Shown in pieces: positions 46,357-59,237 of a DNA stretch of 64,000 bases. This DNA comes from Epithemia pelagica (Eukaryota > Protista > Bacillariophyta), in contig OX459761.1 in assembly GCA_946965045.2 (NCBI GenBank), positions 1 through 64,000 on the forward strand, in the 5' to 3' direction. Position 1 is the stretch's first letter. Each line of letters begins with the position of its first letter. The notes beneath the pieces were generated by a model. The model saw only the letters and a list, made by a program, of their open reading frames with translations, did not search any database and had not been told where the DNA came from. The translations under genes and the position numbers were made by a program.

Positions 46357-46428
46357 CTGGGGTGGCAGGATTCGAACCTACGAATGGCGGAGTCAAAGTC
46401 CGCAGCCTTACCACTTGGCGACACCCCA
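46357..46428 (-). tRNA. trnQ: tRNA-Gln(UUG)
   Basis: TGGGGTGTCGCCAAGTGG...CTTTGAC...CCCCAG. Confidence 0.97.
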
Positions 46429-46459
46429 TGAATATAGAAGTAATTTTGATTTTTATAAT

Positions 46460-46533
46460 TGGGCAAGAAGGGATTCGAACCCCTGACACCGTAGTTCGTA
46501 GCCACGTGCTCTAGTCCACTGAGCTACAAGCCC
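46460..46533 (-). tRNA. trnR: tRNA-Arg(ACG)
   Basis: GGGCTTGTAGCTCAGTGG...CTACGAA...TTGCCCA. Confidence 0.97.
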
Positions 46534-46666
46534 AAAATTTATCATCTTCTAAATATACTATAATAAAATACTGAAATTTAGTAAAGGGAAAAACTGATTT
46601 TAATATTGCAAGAAAAACAATTATTAAATTAATATTTGAATTATCTCTTATTAAATTCTTAAATAT

Positions 46667-48268
46667 ATGGCTAAAAAAATTTTATATCAAGATAATGCGC
46701 GACGTGCTTTAGAAAAAGGGATGGAAGTGATGGTAGAAGCTGTTTCAGTTACTTTAGGACCTAAAGGACGAAATGTTGTTTTAGAAAAATCTTATGGCTC
46801 ACCGCAAATTGTAAATGATGGTGTAACAATTGCAAAAGAAATTAAATTACCTGACCATATTGAAAATACAGGTGTTTCATTAATTCGTCAGGCAGCTTCA
46901 AAGACAAATGACGTAGCAGGTGATGGTACAACAACTGCTACTGTTTTAGCTTACGCTATGGTAAAAGAAGGATTAAAAAATGTTGCGGCTGGTGCAAATC
47001 CGATTTCAATCAAGTTAGGAATGGAAAAAGCAGCTCAATATTTAGTAACACAAATAAATGAATTTGCTCAACCTGTAGAAGATCTTCAATCCATTCAACA
47101 AGTAGCCTCAATTTCAGCTGGAAATGACGAAATAATTGGATCTTTAATTGCTGATGCTTTAGCAAAAGTTGGAAAAGAAGGTGTAATTTCTTTAGAAGAA
47201 GGGAAAGGAATTGTTACAGAATTAGAAATTACTGAAGGTATGAAATTAGAAAAAGGATTTATTTCACCTTATTTTATTACAAATACCGAAAAAATGGAGG
47301 TCGCTTATGAAAATCCATACATTCTTTTAACAGATAAAAGAATTACCCTAGTTCAGCAAGACTTATTACCAATTTTGGAGCAAATTACAAAAACTAAAAG
47401 ACCTCTTTTAATTATTGCTGAAGATGTTGAAAAAGAAGCATTAGCAACATTAATTTTAAATAAATTACGTGGCATTATCAATGTTGTAGCTATTCGAGCT
47501 CCAGGTTTTGGTGAATTAAGAAAACAAATGTTAGAAGATATTGCTATATTAACTAATGGAACTTTGATTACCCAAGAGGCTGGATTGAGTTTAGATAACA
47601 TTCAAATAAATCTTTTAGGACAAGCTCGTCGAATTATAATTAATAAAGATACAACCACAATTGTTGCAAATGGTCAAACATTAAATGAAATTAATGTACG
47701 TTGTGAACAACTTCGAAAACAGGTAAATATTGCTGATACGTCGTATGAAAAAGAAAAATTACAAGATCGAATAGCAAAATTATCCGGTGGGATTGCTGTT
47801 ATTAAAGTTGGTGCAGTTACCGAAACTGAAATGAAAGATAAAAAATTACGATTAGAAGATGCAATTAATGCAACTCGAGCAGCAGTTGAAGAAGGAATTG
47901 TTCCAGGTGGTGGTGCAACCTTAACTCATTTATCTGAAAATCTTGTAACATGGGCAAAAACAAATTTAAAAGAAGATGAACTTATTGGAGCTATGATAAT
48001 TTCAAGAGCTATTTTAGCCCCATTACGACGAATTGCTGAAAATGCTGGGATAAATGGAGCCGTTATTATTGAAAAAGTTCAACAACAAGAGTTTGAAGTT
48101 GGTTATAATGCAGCCAAAAATACTTTTGGAAATATGTATGAAGAAGGGGTTGTTGATCCAGCTAAAGTAACTAGATCTGGGTTACAGAATGCGACATCAA
48201 TTGCAAGTATGATTTTAACTACAGAATGTATTATTGTGGATGATAACAAAATTTTGAACGAATCTTAA
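46667..48268 (+). CDS. groEL: Chaperonin 60
   Basis: [21 protein letters not shown]. Confidence 0.99.
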   Translation: MAKKILYQDNARRALEKGMEVMVEAVSVTLGPKGRNVVLEKSYGSPQIVNDGVTIAKEIKLPDHIENTGVSLIRQAASKTNDVAGDGTTTATVLAYAMVKEGLKNVAAGANPISIKLGMEKAAQYLVTQINEFAQPVEDLQSIQQVASISAGNDEIIGSLIADALAKVGKEGVISLEEGKGIVTELEITEGMKLEKGFISPYFITNTEKMEVAYENPYILLTDKRITLVQQDLLPILEQITKTKRPLLIIAEDVEKEALATLILNKLRGIINVVAIRAPGFGELRKQMLEDIAILTNGTLITQEAGLSLDNIQINLLGQARRIIINKDTTTIVANGQTLNEINVRCEQLRKQVNIADTSYEKEKLQDRIAKLSGGIAVIKVGAVTETEMKDKKLRLEDAINATRAAVEEGIVPGGGATLTHLSENLVTWAKTNLKEDELIGAMIISRAILAPLRRIAENAGINGAVIIEKVQQQEFEVGYNAAKNTFGNMYEEGVVDPAKVTRSGLQNATSIASMILTTECIIVDDNKILNES

Positions 48269-48331
48269 AATTTGTTCAAAATTTTGTTAGTTGAAAGTCC
48301 AAATCTAAAAATCTAAAAATCTAAGAAACTA

Positions 48332-50179
48332 CTAGAAATCATTTAAATCTGACATTGGATCTGAATTTGAATCATTATCATTTATTTGATTGGCAGTAAC
48401 TACCTCTTTCATGCTTAGTTTTAATTCTTCAACTTTAGATTTTAATAATTCAAAGTTATCATTTTGAGTCTCTTGTCGAATTGTTTCAATAAGTTTTGTA
48501 ATAGTTTGTTTTTTATCGTCTGAAATATTATCCTTGAATAACGATAATTCTTTCTCAGCTTCTAAACATAAGGCTTCTGCTTGATTTTTTAAATCAATAT
48601 TTTCTCGTTTTTCTTTATCTGCAGAAGCAAATTTTTCTGCTTCCGCTAACATTTCTTCAACTTCTTTTTCATTTAAATTAGAAGCACCTTGAATTGTTAC
48701 AGATTGTTCTACCCCAGTTTCTTTTTCTCGAGCTTTTACTGATAAGATTCCATCAACATCAATATCAAATGTAACTTCAATTTGTGGAGCACCTCTGTCT
48801 GCAGCTGGTATTCCATCTAATCGGAAATTCCCCAAACTTTTATTCCCAGTAACTAATTCACGTTCACCTTGTAATATATGAATTTCTACATTTGTTTGAT
48901 TATCAACCGCCGTTGAAAACATTTCAGATTTTTTAACAGGAATAGTGGTATTTCGAGCAATAATTTTTGTCATAACACCACCCAATGTTTCTACACCTAA
49001 AGATAAAGGAGTTACGTCTAATAATAAAACATCTTTAATTTCACCTGCTAAAATACCTGCTTGAATTGCTGCACCAATAGCAACCACTTCATCTGGGTTA
49101 ACAGATTGATTTGGTTTTTTATTTGTCAATGACTCCACTAATTTTTGAATAGCAGGAATTCTAGTAGAACCACCAACTAAAACAACTTCATTAATATCAG
49201 ATTTATCTAATCGTGCGTCATTTAATGCTTTTTCTACTGGAATACGGCAGCGATCAATTAAATCTTTGCATAAGTTTTCAAAAACGTCTCTTGTTAATTC
49301 TTGTTCAATATGTTTTGGTCCTGTTTGATCAGCTGTAATAAATGGTAATGAAATTATTGTTTTTTCAACTGTTGATAATTCAATTTTTGCTTTTTCTGCC
49401 GCTTCTGTTAAACGTTGTAATGCTTGAATATCTGTTGTTAAATCGATTCCTTCTTTTTCTTTAAAATCGTTCATTAACCATTTTACTAGAACATTATCAA
49501 AGTCATCACCACCTAAATTTGTATCACCTGCAGTAGATAAAACTTCAAAAATTCCATCACCAACTTCTAAAATAGAAACATCAAATGTTCCTCCCCCTAA
49601 ATCAAAAACTAAAATAGTTTCATTTTGTTTTTTGTCTAAGCCATAAGCTAATGATGCTGCTGTTGGTTCATTAATAATTCTTAGAACTTCAATGCCAGCA
49701 ATTTTACCAGCATCCATAGTTGCTTGTCTTTGAGAATCATTAAAATAAGCAGGTACTGTGATAACAGCTTGTGTTACCTCTTGACCTAAATAATCTGTTG
49801 CATCATTTATTAACTTTCGTAAAACTTGCGCAGAAATTTCTTCTGGACTAAAGTCTTTATTTAAAGCTGGGCATTTGATCTTAATATTATCATTTTGATC
49901 TTTGTCAACTTTATAAGGTAATTTTTTAGATTCATCCGAAATTTCTCCTTCTTTTGACCCGATGAATCGTTTAACAGAGAAAAATGTATTCTCAGGGTTA
50001 AGAACCGATTGACGTTTAGCAATTTGTCCTACTAACAATTCTTGTTTTTTAGTATATGCAACAATAGAAGGGGTTGTTCGTAAACCTTCAGCATTAATAA
50101 TTACACTAGGTTGTCCACCTTCAATTGCAGCTACTACAGAGTTTGTTGTTCCTAAATCAATTCCTACAACTTTTGCCAT
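48332..50179 (-). CDS. dnaK: Hsp70 chaperone
   Basis: [19 protein letters not shown]. Confidence 0.99.
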   Translation of the reverse strand: MAKVVGIDLGTTNSVVAAIEGGQPSVIINAEGLRTTPSIVAYTKKQELLVGQIAKRQSVLNPENTFFSVKRFIGSKEGEISDESKKLPYKVDKDQNDNIKIKCPALNKDFSPEEISAQVLRKLINDATDYLGQEVTQAVITVPAYFNDSQRQATMDAGKIAGIEVLRIINEPTAASLAYGLDKKQNETILVFDLGGGTFDVSILEVGDGIFEVLSTAGDTNLGGDDFDNVLVKWLMNDFKEKEGIDLTTDIQALQRLTEAAEKAKIELSTVEKTIISLPFITADQTGPKHIEQELTRDVFENLCKDLIDRCRIPVEKALNDARLDKSDINEVVLVGGSTRIPAIQKLVESLTNKKPNQSVNPDEVVAIGAAIQAGILAGEIKDVLLLDVTPLSLGVETLGGVMTKIIARNTTIPVKKSEMFSTAVDNQTNVEIHILQGERELVTGNKSLGNFRLDGIPAADRGAPQIEVTFDIDVDGILSVKAREKETGVEQSVTIQGASNLNEKEVEEMLAEAEKFASADKEKRENIDLKNQAEALCLEAEKELSLFKDNISDDKKQTITKLIETIRQETQNDNFELLKSKVEELKLSMKEVVTANQINDNDSNSDPMSDLNDF

Positions 50180-50428
50180 TTTAATTTAATTTTTTCTATA
50201 TTTTATATATTTAATTAAAGTTTAAATAATAATTGGAGAAATCTCTAACCTAATAATACGTAATTAAGTTTGAAGTATTAATAACATTGTTAATATTTCT
50301 TATGTAGACAAAATTTAGCAAATTTTTTAGACTAGTGAAAACAATCTACTAATATTAATTAGTTTATTTTCTACTCAAAAATAAAAAAAAGTAGCGTTAC
50401 TATTAAAAAAAAAGTTTGGAGAACTGTT

Positions 50429-51052
50429 GTGACTATAGGTTTATTAGGAAATAAAATTGGGATGACTCAAATTTTTGATGAATCTGGCAATGTTATTCCA
50501 GTTACAATTTTAAAAGTGGGTCCTTGTGTTGTTACACAAATAAAAACTCAGTTAAATGATGGATATGATTCCATTCAAGTTGGATATGGTAATACTTCAG
50601 ATAAAAAATTAACTCAACCAGAATTAGGACATTTAAAAAAATATAATCTTCAGCCTTTGAGATATTTAAAAGAATTTAGAGTTCAAAATCATCAGGATTT
50701 TGAAATTGGTCAAATTTTAAATGTGGACTCTTTCTCATTAGGTCAACTGGTAAATATTCGAGGAAAAAGTATAGGTAAAGGTTTTTCGGGTTTACAAAAA
50801 CGTTATAATTTTTCTCGAGGTCCTATGACTCATGGTTCAAAAAATCATCGAGCACCTGGTTCAATTGGTATGGGTACTACTCCTGGACGTGTTTTGCCTG
50901 GGAAAAAAATGGCGGGTCAATTAGGTAATAAAATTGCGACCATTCAAAAACTGAAAATTGTTCAGATAAATTGCCAAGAAAATATTCTAGTTGTAAAAGG
51001 ATCTGTCCCAGGGAAACCTGGAAATTTAGTAAGTATTGTTCCCTCAGAATAA
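50429..51052 (+). CDS. rpl3: 50S ribosomal protein L3 (GTG start)
   Basis: [21 protein letters not shown]. Confidence 0.98.
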   Translation: MTIGLLGNKIGMTQIFDESGNVIPVTILKVGPCVVTQIKTQLNDGYDSIQVGYGNTSDKKLTQPELGHLKKYNLQPLRYLKEFRVQNHQDFEIGQILNVDSFSLGQLVNIRGKSIGKGFSGLQKRYNFSRGPMTHGSKNHRAPGSIGMGTTPGRVLPGKKMAGQLGNKIATIQKLKIVQINCQENILVVKGSVPGKPGNLVSIVPSE

Positions 51053-51084
51053 AATAACCAAAATTATAAAGAAATTAGTAAAGT

Positions 51085-51732
51085 ATGACAGTTCAAAAGT
51101 TTATAACATATACTCCATTTGATATAGATGGAAATAAATTAGATATTAATCACGAACTAACGTTAAATGTCTCAGATACAGCAGGGAATTATTTATTACA
51201 TAGAGATCTTATAAGACATTCTAGTTCTCAACGACAAGGAACTGTTTCAACTAAAACTAGAAGTGAAGTTCGCGGTGGGGGTCGAAAACCTTGGAAACAA
51301 AAAGGAACGGGACGAGCTCGAGCAGGTTCAAATCGTTCACCTTTATGGAAAGGTGGGGGTGTTATTTTTGGTCCAAAACCAAAAAAAATTTTCTTAAAAG
51401 TTAATAAGAAAGAACGACAATTAGCTTTGAGAACTTTACTATATAACAAAAAAAGTAACATTCTAATTATTGAGAATTTAGAAACTGAACTAATTGAACC
51501 AAAAACAAACAGTTTTTTAAAAATCTGTCAAAATTGTTCGATTAATTTGGATCAAAAAGTATTAGTTATTGTTTCAAAAAAAACAATGCCATTAAAATTA
51601 TCAACACAAAATTTAAAAAATGTTGAACTAATTTCTGCATCAAATTTAAATACGTTTAGCTTATTAAAAGCAAACCAAATAATATTAACACCATTAGCAA
51701 TAAATGATATAAAGGAGATTTATTGTGACTAA
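51085..51732 (+). CDS. rpl4: 50S ribosomal protein L4
   Basis: [14 protein letters not shown]. Confidence 0.98.
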   Translation: MTVQKFITYTPFDIDGNKLDINHELTLNVSDTAGNYLLHRDLIRHSSSQRQGTVSTKTRSEVRGGGRKPWKQKGTGRARAGSNRSPLWKGGGVIFGPKPKKIFLKVNKKERQLALRTLLYNKKSNILIIENLETELIEPKTNSFLKICQNCSINLDQKVLVIVSKKTMPLKLSTQNLKNVELISASNLNTFSLLKANQIILTPLAINDIKEIYCD

Positions 51733-52033
51733 TTCTTCTGATTTCACTACTAGTAATGCGCAAATTATTAAATATCCAATTATTACAGATAAAGCTACAA
51801 GACTTCTACAAAATAATCAGTACAGCTTTATTGTCGATCGTTATTCAGATAAAATTAAAATTAAAAATGTAATTGAATATTTATTTAATGTAAAAGTTAT
51901 TAAAGTTAATACATGTCGTCTTCCACGCAAGCAAAAGCGTGTTGGTAAATATATTGGATGGAAACCACAATATAAAAAAGCAATTGTGACTTTATCTGAA
52001 GGCGATGTAATAAACTTATTTACCGATAGTTAA
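51725..52033 (+). CDS. rpl23: 50S ribosomal protein L23 (GTG start)
   Basis: [16 protein letters not shown]. Confidence 0.96.
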   Translation: MTNSSDFTTSNAQIIKYPIITDKATRLLQNNQYSFIVDRYSDKIKIKNVIEYLFNVKVIKVNTCRLPRKQKRVGKYIGWKPQYKKAIVTLSEGDVINLFTDS

Positions 52034-52055
52034 GAAATAAAAAATAATTTAGTTT

Positions 52056-52883
52056 ATGAGTATTCGTCTTTATAAATCGTATACACCTGGCACAAGAAAT
52101 CGTGCTTTATCAAGTTTTAGTGAGATTACAAAAGGGAAACCTGAAAAAAGTTTAATAAAAAAAAATCATCGTAAAAAAGGGAGAAATAACCGAGGGGTTA
52201 TTACAATTCGACATCGTGGTGGTGGTCATAAAAGGCTTTATCGAATTATTGATTTTAAACGACAAAAATATGGTATTCAAGGAGTTGTTGCTGCAATCGA
52301 ATATGATCCAAATAGAAATGCTCGAATTGCTTTAATTCATTATCTTGATGGAGAAAAGCGTTATATCTTACAACCAAAAAACTTAAATGTTGGTGATAGT
52401 ATTCTTTCTGGTTCTGGATCACCGTTAAACATTGGAAATTCCTTACCATTAGAACAAATTCCATTAGGTACATCAGTTCATAATATCGAGTTAATTCCAA
52501 ATCGAGGTGGTCAAATTGTTCGTGCTGGTGGAACGTCAGCTAAAATTCTAGCAAAAGAAGGAAATTATATAACATTACGATTACCTTCTAAAGAAATTCG
52601 ATTAGTACGTAAAGAATGCTTCGCTACAATTGGTGAAGTTAGCAATAATGATGCTTTTTTAGTTCAAAGTGGAAAAGCTGGAAGAACACGTTGGTTAGGT
52701 CGTCGTCCGGTAGTTCGAGGATCCGTAATGAATCCATGTGATCATCCTCATGGTGGTGGTGAAGGAAGAGCTCCAATTGGTCGAACACGTCCATTAACAC
52801 CTTGGGGAAAACCTGCTTTAGGAATGAAAACAAGAAAACGAAAAAAATTAAGCGATGCATATATTCTTCGTCGTCGTTCTTAA
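52056..52883 (+). CDS. rpl2: 50S ribosomal protein L2
   Basis: [25 protein letters not shown]. Confidence 0.99.
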   Translation: MSIRLYKSYTPGTRNRALSSFSEITKGKPEKSLIKKNHRKKGRNNRGVITIRHRGGGHKRLYRIIDFKRQKYGIQGVVAAIEYDPNRNARIALIHYLDGEKRYILQPKNLNVGDSILSGSGSPLNIGNSLPLEQIPLGTSVHNIELIPNRGGQIVRAGGTSAKILAKEGNYITLRLPSKEIRLVRKECFATIGEVSNNDAFLVQSGKAGRTRWLGRRPVVRGSVMNPCDHPHGGGEGRAPIGRTRPLTPWGKPALGMKTRKRKKLSDAYILRRRS

Positions 52884-52918
52884 TTATACTAAAATAAGTA
52901 CTCAAAAAATTTATTAAG

Positions 52919-53197
52919 ATGCCAAGATCATTAAAAAAAAGCCCGTTTGTTGCTTATCATTTATTAAAAAAAATTAATCAAATGAATAAGGCTGATAAAA
53001 AAGATACAATTACAACTTGGTCTCGTGCTTCCACTATTTTACCTAGTATGGTTGGTTTTACCATTGCTGTTTACAATGGAAAACAGCATGTACCAGTTTT
53101 TATTTCGGATCAATTCGTAGGCCATAAATTAGGAGAGTTTGTATCAACAAGAAATTTTAAAACACATATTAAAGCTGATAGAAAATCAAAACGCTAG
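52919..53197 (+). CDS. rps19: 30S ribosomal protein S19
   Basis: [18 protein letters not shown]. Confidence 0.98.
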   Translation: MPRSLKKSPFVAYHLLKKINQMNKADKKDTITTWSRASTILPSMVGFTIAVYNGKQHVPVFISDQFVGHKLGEFVSTRNFKTHIKADRKSKR

Positions 53198-53209
53198 ATA
53201 AAAGAACTA

Positions 53210-53731
53210 ATGCAGCCTAATCTATATGAAGATCGATATGAAGAATTCTCAATAGAAAAAGAAAAAAAAAAAGAAAAAACATCAGTAATTCTCCCAAGTG
53301 AAGGAAAACCACTTAAGTATCCCAATTCTAATGAGATTCTATCGCCATCTAAAAGATTTCAAATAAAATCTAAAACATTTCAAATAAAATATGAAAAGAA
53401 GCTGTCATTAATAGCTAAACTCGTTTTAAATAGTTTTCAAAATAAATATATCTATTATGCGATTGATGATATTTTATATTTATTTGAATTAAATAAAAAT
53501 GAACGCGAAAATCTCTTAGCAATTTTATATTCTCCGATTCTTTCATTACAGAATAATTATTCAGTTAATTTTTTTGATATTTGGGTAAAGGAAATTTATA
53601 TTGATGAAATTTCTAAAAAGAATAAATTTCTTTTCACAGATTCTCTAACTTCGAATCAATTCAGTTATATAACAATTAAACTTTTTTATAAAACTCCATT
53701 ACCATTGAAAAAACAAAAATTATTATGGTAA
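53210..53731 (+). CDS. ycf88: Ycf88, diatom-specific protein
   Basis: IYYAIDDILYL, VNFFDIW; position between rps19 and rpl22. Confidence 0.85.
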   Translation: MQPNLYEDRYEEFSIEKEKKKEKTSVILPSEGKPLKYPNSNEILSPSKRFQIKSKTFQIKYEKKLSLIAKLVLNSFQNKYIYYAIDDILYLFELNKNERENLLAILYSPILSLQNNYSVNFFDIWVKEIYIDEISKKNKFLFTDSLTSNQFSYITIKLFYKTPLPLKKQKLLW

Positions 53732-53831
53732 TCCAATTAATAGACTAGAAATATTAGTTAAGAAGTGTAAAAAAATTGAAATTTGAACCTACCAATTTAA
53801 TAATCGAAATTTAGAAATAATTACTTAATTT

Positions 53832-54179
53832 ATGTCAAATACTCAAGCTGTTAAAGCAGTAGCAAAATATATTCGAATGTCCCCTCACAAGATTCGACGA
53901 GTTTTAGATCAAATCCGTGGACGTTCTTATCAAGAAGCATTAATGATATTAGAATTTTTACCTTATGATGCTAGTGGACCTATTTGGCAAGTTGTTCATT
54001 CTGCAGCAGCAAATGCAAAACATAATTATGGACTAGATAAGAAAAAGCTAATCATTGATCAAGTTTTTGCTAATGAAGGTCCCAAATTAAAACGGATTCG
54101 TCCCCGTGCACAAGGAAGAGCATATAAAATTTTAAAACCAACCTGTCATATTACAGTGGTTATGAAAGAAGTTACTTAA
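53832..54179 (+). CDS. rpl22: 50S ribosomal protein L22
   Basis: [17 protein letters not shown]. Confidence 0.98.
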   Translation: MSNTQAVKAVAKYIRMSPHKIRRVLDQIRGRSYQEALMILEFLPYDASGPIWQVVHSAAANAKHNYGLDKKKLIIDQVFANEGPKLKRIRPRAQGRAYKILKPTCHITVVMKEVT

Positions 54180-54205
54180 AAAAATAATAGTGAAGGATTA
54201 ATTAT

Positions 54206-54850
54206 ATGGGTCAGAAAACACATCCTTTAGGATTTCGATTAGGTATTACACAGGATCATAAGTCGACATGGTATGCGAATTTAAATCAATATGCTAATAT
54301 TTTAAAAGAGGATGATCAAATTCGAACTTATATCGATACAATTTCAAAACTAAATAGTATTGCAAATGTTAAGATAGACCGAAACGGATTAAATGATCAA
54401 ATTCAATTAAATATTGAAACTGGAAAACCAGGAATTTTAGTAGGTGATCTTGGAAGCGGACTGGAAAACCTTTTAAATAATATTAAAAAACTATTACCTT
54501 CAAATCGACAAGTAACAATTAATGTTTTAGAAATTGAAAAAGTTGATTTAAATGCAAGTTTATTAGCTGATTTAGTAGCAGAACAATTAGAAAAACGAAT
54601 TGCTTTTCGAAGAGCTATCAGGGAAGCATTACAACGCGCACAAAAACAAAATGTTAATGGTATTAAGATTCAAGTTTCAGGACGTTTAAATGGAGCTGAG
54701 ATTGCCCGAAGTGAGTGGATTCGAGAAGGTCGTGTTCCTTTACAAACACTTCGAGCTGATATTGATTATGCTACAACAGAAGCCAATACAATTTATGGTG
54801 TATTAGGAATTAAAGTTTGGTTGTTTAGAAGTGAAATTTTATCGAAATAA
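54206..54850 (+). CDS. rps3: 30S ribosomal protein S3
   Basis: [27 protein letters not shown]. Confidence 0.98.
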   Translation: MGQKTHPLGFRLGITQDHKSTWYANLNQYANILKEDDQIRTYIDTISKLNSIANVKIDRNGLNDQIQLNIETGKPGILVGDLGSGLENLLNNIKKLLPSNRQVTINVLEIEKVDLNASLLADLVAEQLEKRIAFRRAIREALQRAQKQNVNGIKIQVSGRLNGAEIARSEWIREGRVPLQTLRADIDYATTEANTIYGVLGIKVWLFRSEILSK

Positions 54851-54905
54851 CAAAGAAATGGTTTCGGTAAAAAGAAAAATTATAAGTTTATTAAATTAAC
54901 TAGTT

Positions 54906-55322
54906 ATGTTAACTCCAAAAAGAACAAAATATCGAAAATATCATCGTGGTCGTATGCGAGGTACAAAAACTCGTGGAAATGAAGTTTGTTTTGGCAACTT
55001 TGGCCTACAAGCATTAGAACCGAGTTGGATTACATCAAGACAAATTGAAGCTGCGCGTCGAACAATCACTAGATATACAAAACGTGGTGCAAAATTATGG
55101 ATTAGGATTTTTCCTGATAAAACTGTTACTGCTAGGGCTGCAGAATCAAGAATGGGTTCAGGTAAAGGTGCTGTTGATTATTGGGTAGCTGTTGTGAAAC
55201 CTGGAACAATTTTATTTGAAATTGGTCGAGTTCCCCAAGAAGTTGCGCAAGCAGCTTTTAAATTAGCATCATATAAGTTGCCAATTAAAACAAAATTTAT
55301 TATTAAAGATAATATAAGTTAA
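54906..55322 (+). CDS. rpl16: 50S ribosomal protein L16
   Basis: [15 protein letters not shown]. Confidence 0.98.
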   Translation: MLTPKRTKYRKYHRGRMRGTKTRGNEVCFGNFGLQALEPSWITSRQIEAARRTITRYTKRGAKLWIRIFPDKTVTARAAESRMGSGKGAVDYWVAVVKPGTILFEIGRVPQEVAQAAFKLASYKLPIKTKFIIKDNIS

Positions 55323-55326
55323 AAAT

Positions 55327-55560
55327 ATGGGTCTAGCTAAGTTTACTGAAATTGCTTCGCTTTCAAATAATGAAATTTCAGAAGCAATTCTTGAAGCCGA
55401 AACTGAATTATTTAATCTTCGATTTAGACAAGCAACAAGACAAAGTTTTAAATCACATCAAATAAAGAATACAAAACGCCGTTTAGCTCAACTGAAAACA
55501 CTTTTAACATCAAGATTACAAAATCTTGAACAAGAAGATAATAATTTAATTTCAAATTGA
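55327..55560 (+). CDS. rpl29: 50S ribosomal protein L29
   Basis: ELFNLRFRQAT; operon position. Confidence 0.94.
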   Translation: MGLAKFTEIASLSNNEISEAILEAETELFNLRFRQATRQSFKSHQIKNTKRRLAQLKTLLTSRLQNLEQEDNNLISN

Positions 55561-55584
55561 TAAAAAATAATTAAGGAGTTGAAA

Positions 55585-55839
55585 ATGCCAGTAAAACAAG
55601 AAATTGGTATTGTAATCAGCAATAAGATGGCAAAAACTATTGTAGTAAAAATTGAAAATAGATATCCACATCCAATCTATTCAAAAACATTAATTAAAAC
55701 AAAGAAATACGTAGCTCATGATGCATTAGAAGAATGTAATATTGGTGATCAAGTTTTAGTGCAAGAATGTCGTCCATTAAGCAAACGGAAACGCTGGAAA
55801 TTGATTAAGATTCTTTCAAAATCATCGTTAATAAATTAA
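55585..55839 (+). CDS. rps17: 30S ribosomal protein S17
   Basis: Start at ATG of MPVKQ; [10 protein letters not shown]. Confidence 0.96.
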   Translation: MPVKQEIGIVISNKMAKTIVVKIENRYPHPIYSKTLIKTKKYVAHDALEECNIGDQVLVQECRPLSKRKRWKLIKILSKSSLIN

Positions 55840-55850
55840 ATGATATTTTT

Positions 55851-56216
55851 ATGATTTATCCTCAAACAATGTTAACAGTAGCAGATAATACTGGTGCTAA
55901 AAAAGTTATGTGTATTCGGGTATTAGGCGGAAACAAAAAGTATGCCCAAATTGGTGATACAATTATTGCCGTAGTTAAAGAAGCTATTCCAAATATGCCT
56001 GTCAAACGATCTGATGTAGTCAGAGCAATTATTGTTAGAACTACAAAAAGTATTCGTCGAAAAGATGGAATGTATATTCGATTTGATGATAATGCAGCTG
56101 TAGTTGTAAACATGGAAAATAACCCTCGAGGAACTCGTGTTTTTGGTCCAGTTGCAAGGGAAATTCGTGATAAAAATTACTCAAAAATTGTCTCATTAGC
56201 ACCGGAGGTTTTGTAA
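55851..56216 (+). CDS. rpl14: 50S ribosomal protein L14
   Basis: [19 protein letters not shown]. Confidence 0.98.
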   Translation: MIYPQTMLTVADNTGAKKVMCIRVLGGNKKYAQIGDTIIAVVKEAIPNMPVKRSDVVRAIIVRTTKSIRRKDGMYIRFDDNAAVVVNMENNPRGTRVFGPVAREIRDKNYSKIVSLAPEVL

Positions 56217-56465
56217 ATGGGAAAACAAAAAAAATTACATGTAAAAGTTGGTAATTTTGTAACAATTATATCTGGTTTTCATAAAAATGAAACTGGAGAA
56301 ATTATTAAAGTCAACAAAAAAACTGGGAAAGTAGTAGTAAAGGGAATTAATTTTAAGTTTAAACATATTAAACCCAATACTGAAAATGAAGTTGGTGAAA
56401 TTAAACAATTTGAAGCACCTATTCACCATTCAAATGTCAAATTAAATTTAAAAGAAATATCTTAA
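56217..56465 (+). CDS. rpl24: 50S ribosomal protein L24
   Basis: KOW motif, EAPIHHSNV. Confidence 0.96.
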   Translation: MGKQKKLHVKVGNFVTIISGFHKNETGEIIKVNKKTGKVVVKGINFKFKHIKPNTENEVGEIKQFEAPIHHSNVKLNLKEIS

Positions 56466-56466
56466 T

Positions 56467-57183
56467 ATGCTAAACCAACATTCGTTAGAAGAAATTGCTG
56501 ATATTCATAATCTTCTTTGCGATATCAAAAAAGAATATGAAGAAGGAATTAAACCTATCTTAATGAAAAAGAGTTCAAATTTATTTAAAAATCCTCATAC
56601 GGTACCGAAATTAAAAAAAATTCAAATTAACCGTGGTCTTGGTGCTGCGGCTCAGAATACTAATATTTTAAAAAAAAATATTGAAGAATTTGAAAAAATT
56701 ACTGGTCAAAAACCTTTGATAACAAAAGCAAAAAAAGCAATTGCAGGGTTTAAAATTCGTGAGGATATGGAATTAGGTTTAAGTGTAACATTACGCGGTG
56801 AAAAAATGTATGCATTCTTGACTAAATTGTTATTCTTCACATTTGCCCAAATTCGTGATTTTCGTGGTTTATCATTAAGAAGTTTTGATAAAGCCGGAAA
56901 CTATACTTTAGGTTTAAAAGAACAATTAATATTTCCTGAAATTGAGTATGATGACGTTGATCAAGTTCAAGGTTTTACAATTACAATTGTTCTCGAGCAT
57001 GGTTCACCAAAATATAGATCTAATTCAATTGATAAAATTTTAAATGGAATGATTTTATTTAAATTTTTACGATTTCCATTAAATGATTGTGGTTATTATG
57101 ACAAATATGAATCCTTTTCAGATGTAAATAGAGCATGGGATAAAAAACGTCATTTAAAACGAAAACGTTGGTCACAAGAATAG
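56467..57183 (+). CDS. rpl5: 50S ribosomal protein L5
   Basis: VPKLKKIQINRGLG, QIRDFRGL, FPEIEYD. Confidence 0.97.
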   Translation: MLNQHSLEEIADIHNLLCDIKKEYEEGIKPILMKKSSNLFKNPHTVPKLKKIQINRGLGAAAQNTNILKKNIEEFEKITGQKPLITKAKKAIAGFKIREDMELGLSVTLRGEKMYAFLTKLLFFTFAQIRDFRGLSLRSFDKAGNYTLGLKEQLIFPEIEYDDVDQVQGFTITIVLEHGSPKYRSNSIDKILNGMILFKFLRFPLNDCGYYDKYESFSDVNRAWDKKRHLKRKRWSQE

Positions 57184-57222
57184 AAATAAAAAAAGTATTA
57201 TCGAAAATCTAAGGAGAGAATT

Positions 57223-57621
57223 GTGGTAAATGATACTATTTCAGATATGTTAACACGAATTCGAAATGCTAGTATGGTAAAACATCAAATTGTTCAAGTT
57301 CCTTTAACAAAAATGTCACTTGCAATTTCGAAAATATTAAAAGAAGAAGGATTTATTGAAGATTTTGAAAGTTATACCGAAAATAAAAAGAATTATCTAT
57401 TAATTTCACTTAAATATATTGGAAAATCTAGAAAATCTGTAATTTCTAAAATTCAACGAATAAGTAAACCTGGTTTGCGGATTTATGCAAATTCAAAAAA
57501 ATTGCCAAGAGTTTTAGATAATTTGGGAATTGCCATTATTTCAACATCAAAAGGAGTTATGACAAACTTGAAAGCAAAGGAACTTGGCATTGGTGGTGAA
57601 GTTTTATGTTATATTTGGTAA
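57223..57621 (+). CDS. rps8: 30S ribosomal protein S8 (GTG start)
   Basis: [21 protein letters not shown]. Confidence 0.98.
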   Translation: MVNDTISDMLTRIRNASMVKHQIVQVPLTKMSLAISKILKEEGFIEDFESYTENKKNYLLISLKYIGKSRKSVISKIQRISKPGLRIYANSKKLPRVLDNLGIAIISTSKGVMTNLKAKELGIGGEVLCYIW

Positions 57622-57639
57622 TCATAAGGAGTTTCTAAA

Positions 57640-58176
57640 ATGTCACGTATTGGAAAATTACCTATTAATGTACCGGAGAATGTAGATATTAACTATACAA
57701 ATTCAGAAATGACTGTAAAAGGACAGTTTGGAACATTGCAAACAAAAATTCCTGATGTAATTAATATAACACATGATAACGGTGAATTAAGGGTTAGTTT
57801 AAAAGAAGACAAAAAAGATATAAAAGCATTGCATGGGTTATATCGAACATTAATAAATAATATGGTTGTAGGAGTTTCAAAACAATTTGATATAACTCTT
57901 ATTTTGAAAGGAGTTGGTTATCGAGGAGTTGTTCAAGGAAATGAACTAGTTCTAAGTTTAGGATATAGTCATCCAGTAAAAATAGAAATTCCAAAAGAAA
58001 TTTCAGTAGAAGTTGTCCAGAATACAACAATAAATATTAAATCGTGCGATAAGGAGTTATTAGGTAGGTTTGCAGCAAATATACGATCTTGGAGACAGCC
58101 TGAACCATATAAAGGGAAAGGGATTTTATATAAAGATGAACAAATTATTAGGAAAGCTGGAAAATCTGGAAAATAA
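57640..58176 (+). CDS. rpl6: 50S ribosomal protein L6
   Basis: MSRIGKLPI, PEPYKGKGI. Confidence 0.98.
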   Translation: MSRIGKLPINVPENVDINYTNSEMTVKGQFGTLQTKIPDVINITHDNGELRVSLKEDKKDIKALHGLYRTLINNMVVGVSKQFDITLILKGVGYRGVVQGNELVLSLGYSHPVKIEIPKEISVEVVQNTTINIKSCDKELLGRFAANIRSWRQPEPYKGKGILYKDEQIIRKAGKSGK

Positions 58177-58253
58177 TAAATTGTTAGTTATTTATTCTCA
58201 ATAATTTCAAATTAATAACGAGACTAGTTTTAGAAAAATAAAAAATTATACTT

Positions 58254-58661
58254 ATGAAATTTTCACCAAGAACTTTGTTGAAATTAAAAAACAAAAATAA
58301 AAAATTAAAACCTAGTAGATATAAAAAATTAAAACGGGAAGCATTGCGTGGACGAATTAAAGGTACAATTGAAAGACCTAGATTATCAGTCTATCGCTCA
58401 AATGAAAATATTTATGCACAAATTATTGATGACACTAATTCAAAAACATTAATTTCTTGTTCAACTCTAGATCGTTCAATCAAACTTGCACTTTCAAATG
58501 GTAGAACATGTGAAGCTTCAAGATTAATGGGAGAAAAGTTAGCTAAATTAAGTCTAAATAAAAATATTACAAAAATTGTATTTGATAGAGGTCCATATTT
58601 ATATCATGGACGAATCAAGGCACTTGCAGATGGCGCAAGAGCTGGTGGATTAGAGTTTTAA
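58254..58661 (+). CDS. rpl18: 50S ribosomal protein L18
   Basis: [22 protein letters not shown]. Confidence 0.97.
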   Translation: MKFSPRTLLKLKNKNKKLKPSRYKKLKREALRGRIKGTIERPRLSVYRSNENIYAQIIDDTNSKTLISCSTLDRSIKLALSNGRTCEASRLMGEKLAKLSLNKNITKIVFDRGPYLYHGRIKALADGARAGGLEF

Positions 58662-58689
58662 ATTAAAATTTGGAAAGAAATATTCAACT

Positions 58690-59214
58690 ATGAGTAGTGA
58701 TTTAAAAAAAATAAATAAAAAAAACACTCGACCTAACTTCAATCCACAAGAACCTAAATTTGTGGAACGATTAATTAAAATTAGTCGGGTTTCGAAAGTA
58801 ACAAAAGGTGGTAAAAAATTAAGTTTTCGAGCAATTGTAGTTATAGGTGATGAAAATGGAAAAGTAGGTGTTGGAGTTGCAAAAGCTGATGATGTAGTTA
58901 ATGCATTTAAAAAAGCAAAAACTAATGGTAGAAAGAATTTAATTAAATTACCAATTACAAAATCTTTAAGTATTCCACATAATGTCATAGGAAATTTTGG
59001 AGCTTGTAAAGTAATTATGAGACCATCCATTGAAGGTTCAGGAGTTATTGCAGGTGGAGCTGTAAGAATTGTATTAGAAGTTGCTGGTGTTAAAAATGTC
59101 ATTGCGAAACAATTAGGGTCCAATAATTTATTAAATAATGCTCGGGCGTCGATTTGTGCTTTAGAAAATTTAACAACAAAATCTCAAGTTTTAAAAAAAC
59201 GAAATTTAGATTAA
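58690..59214 (+). CDS. rps5: 30S ribosomal protein S5
   Basis: SRVSKVTKGGK, GSGVIAGG. Confidence 0.98.
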   Translation: MSSDLKKINKKNTRPNFNPQEPKFVERLIKISRVSKVTKGGKKLSFRAIVVIGDENGKVGVGVAKADDVVNAFKKAKTNGRKNLIKLPITKSLSIPHNVIGNFGACKVIMRPSIEGSGVIAGGAVRIVLEVAGVKNVIAKQLGSNNLLNNARASICALENLTTKSQVLKKRNLD

Positions 59215-59237
59215 TTAAAATAACTAAAAATAAAGTT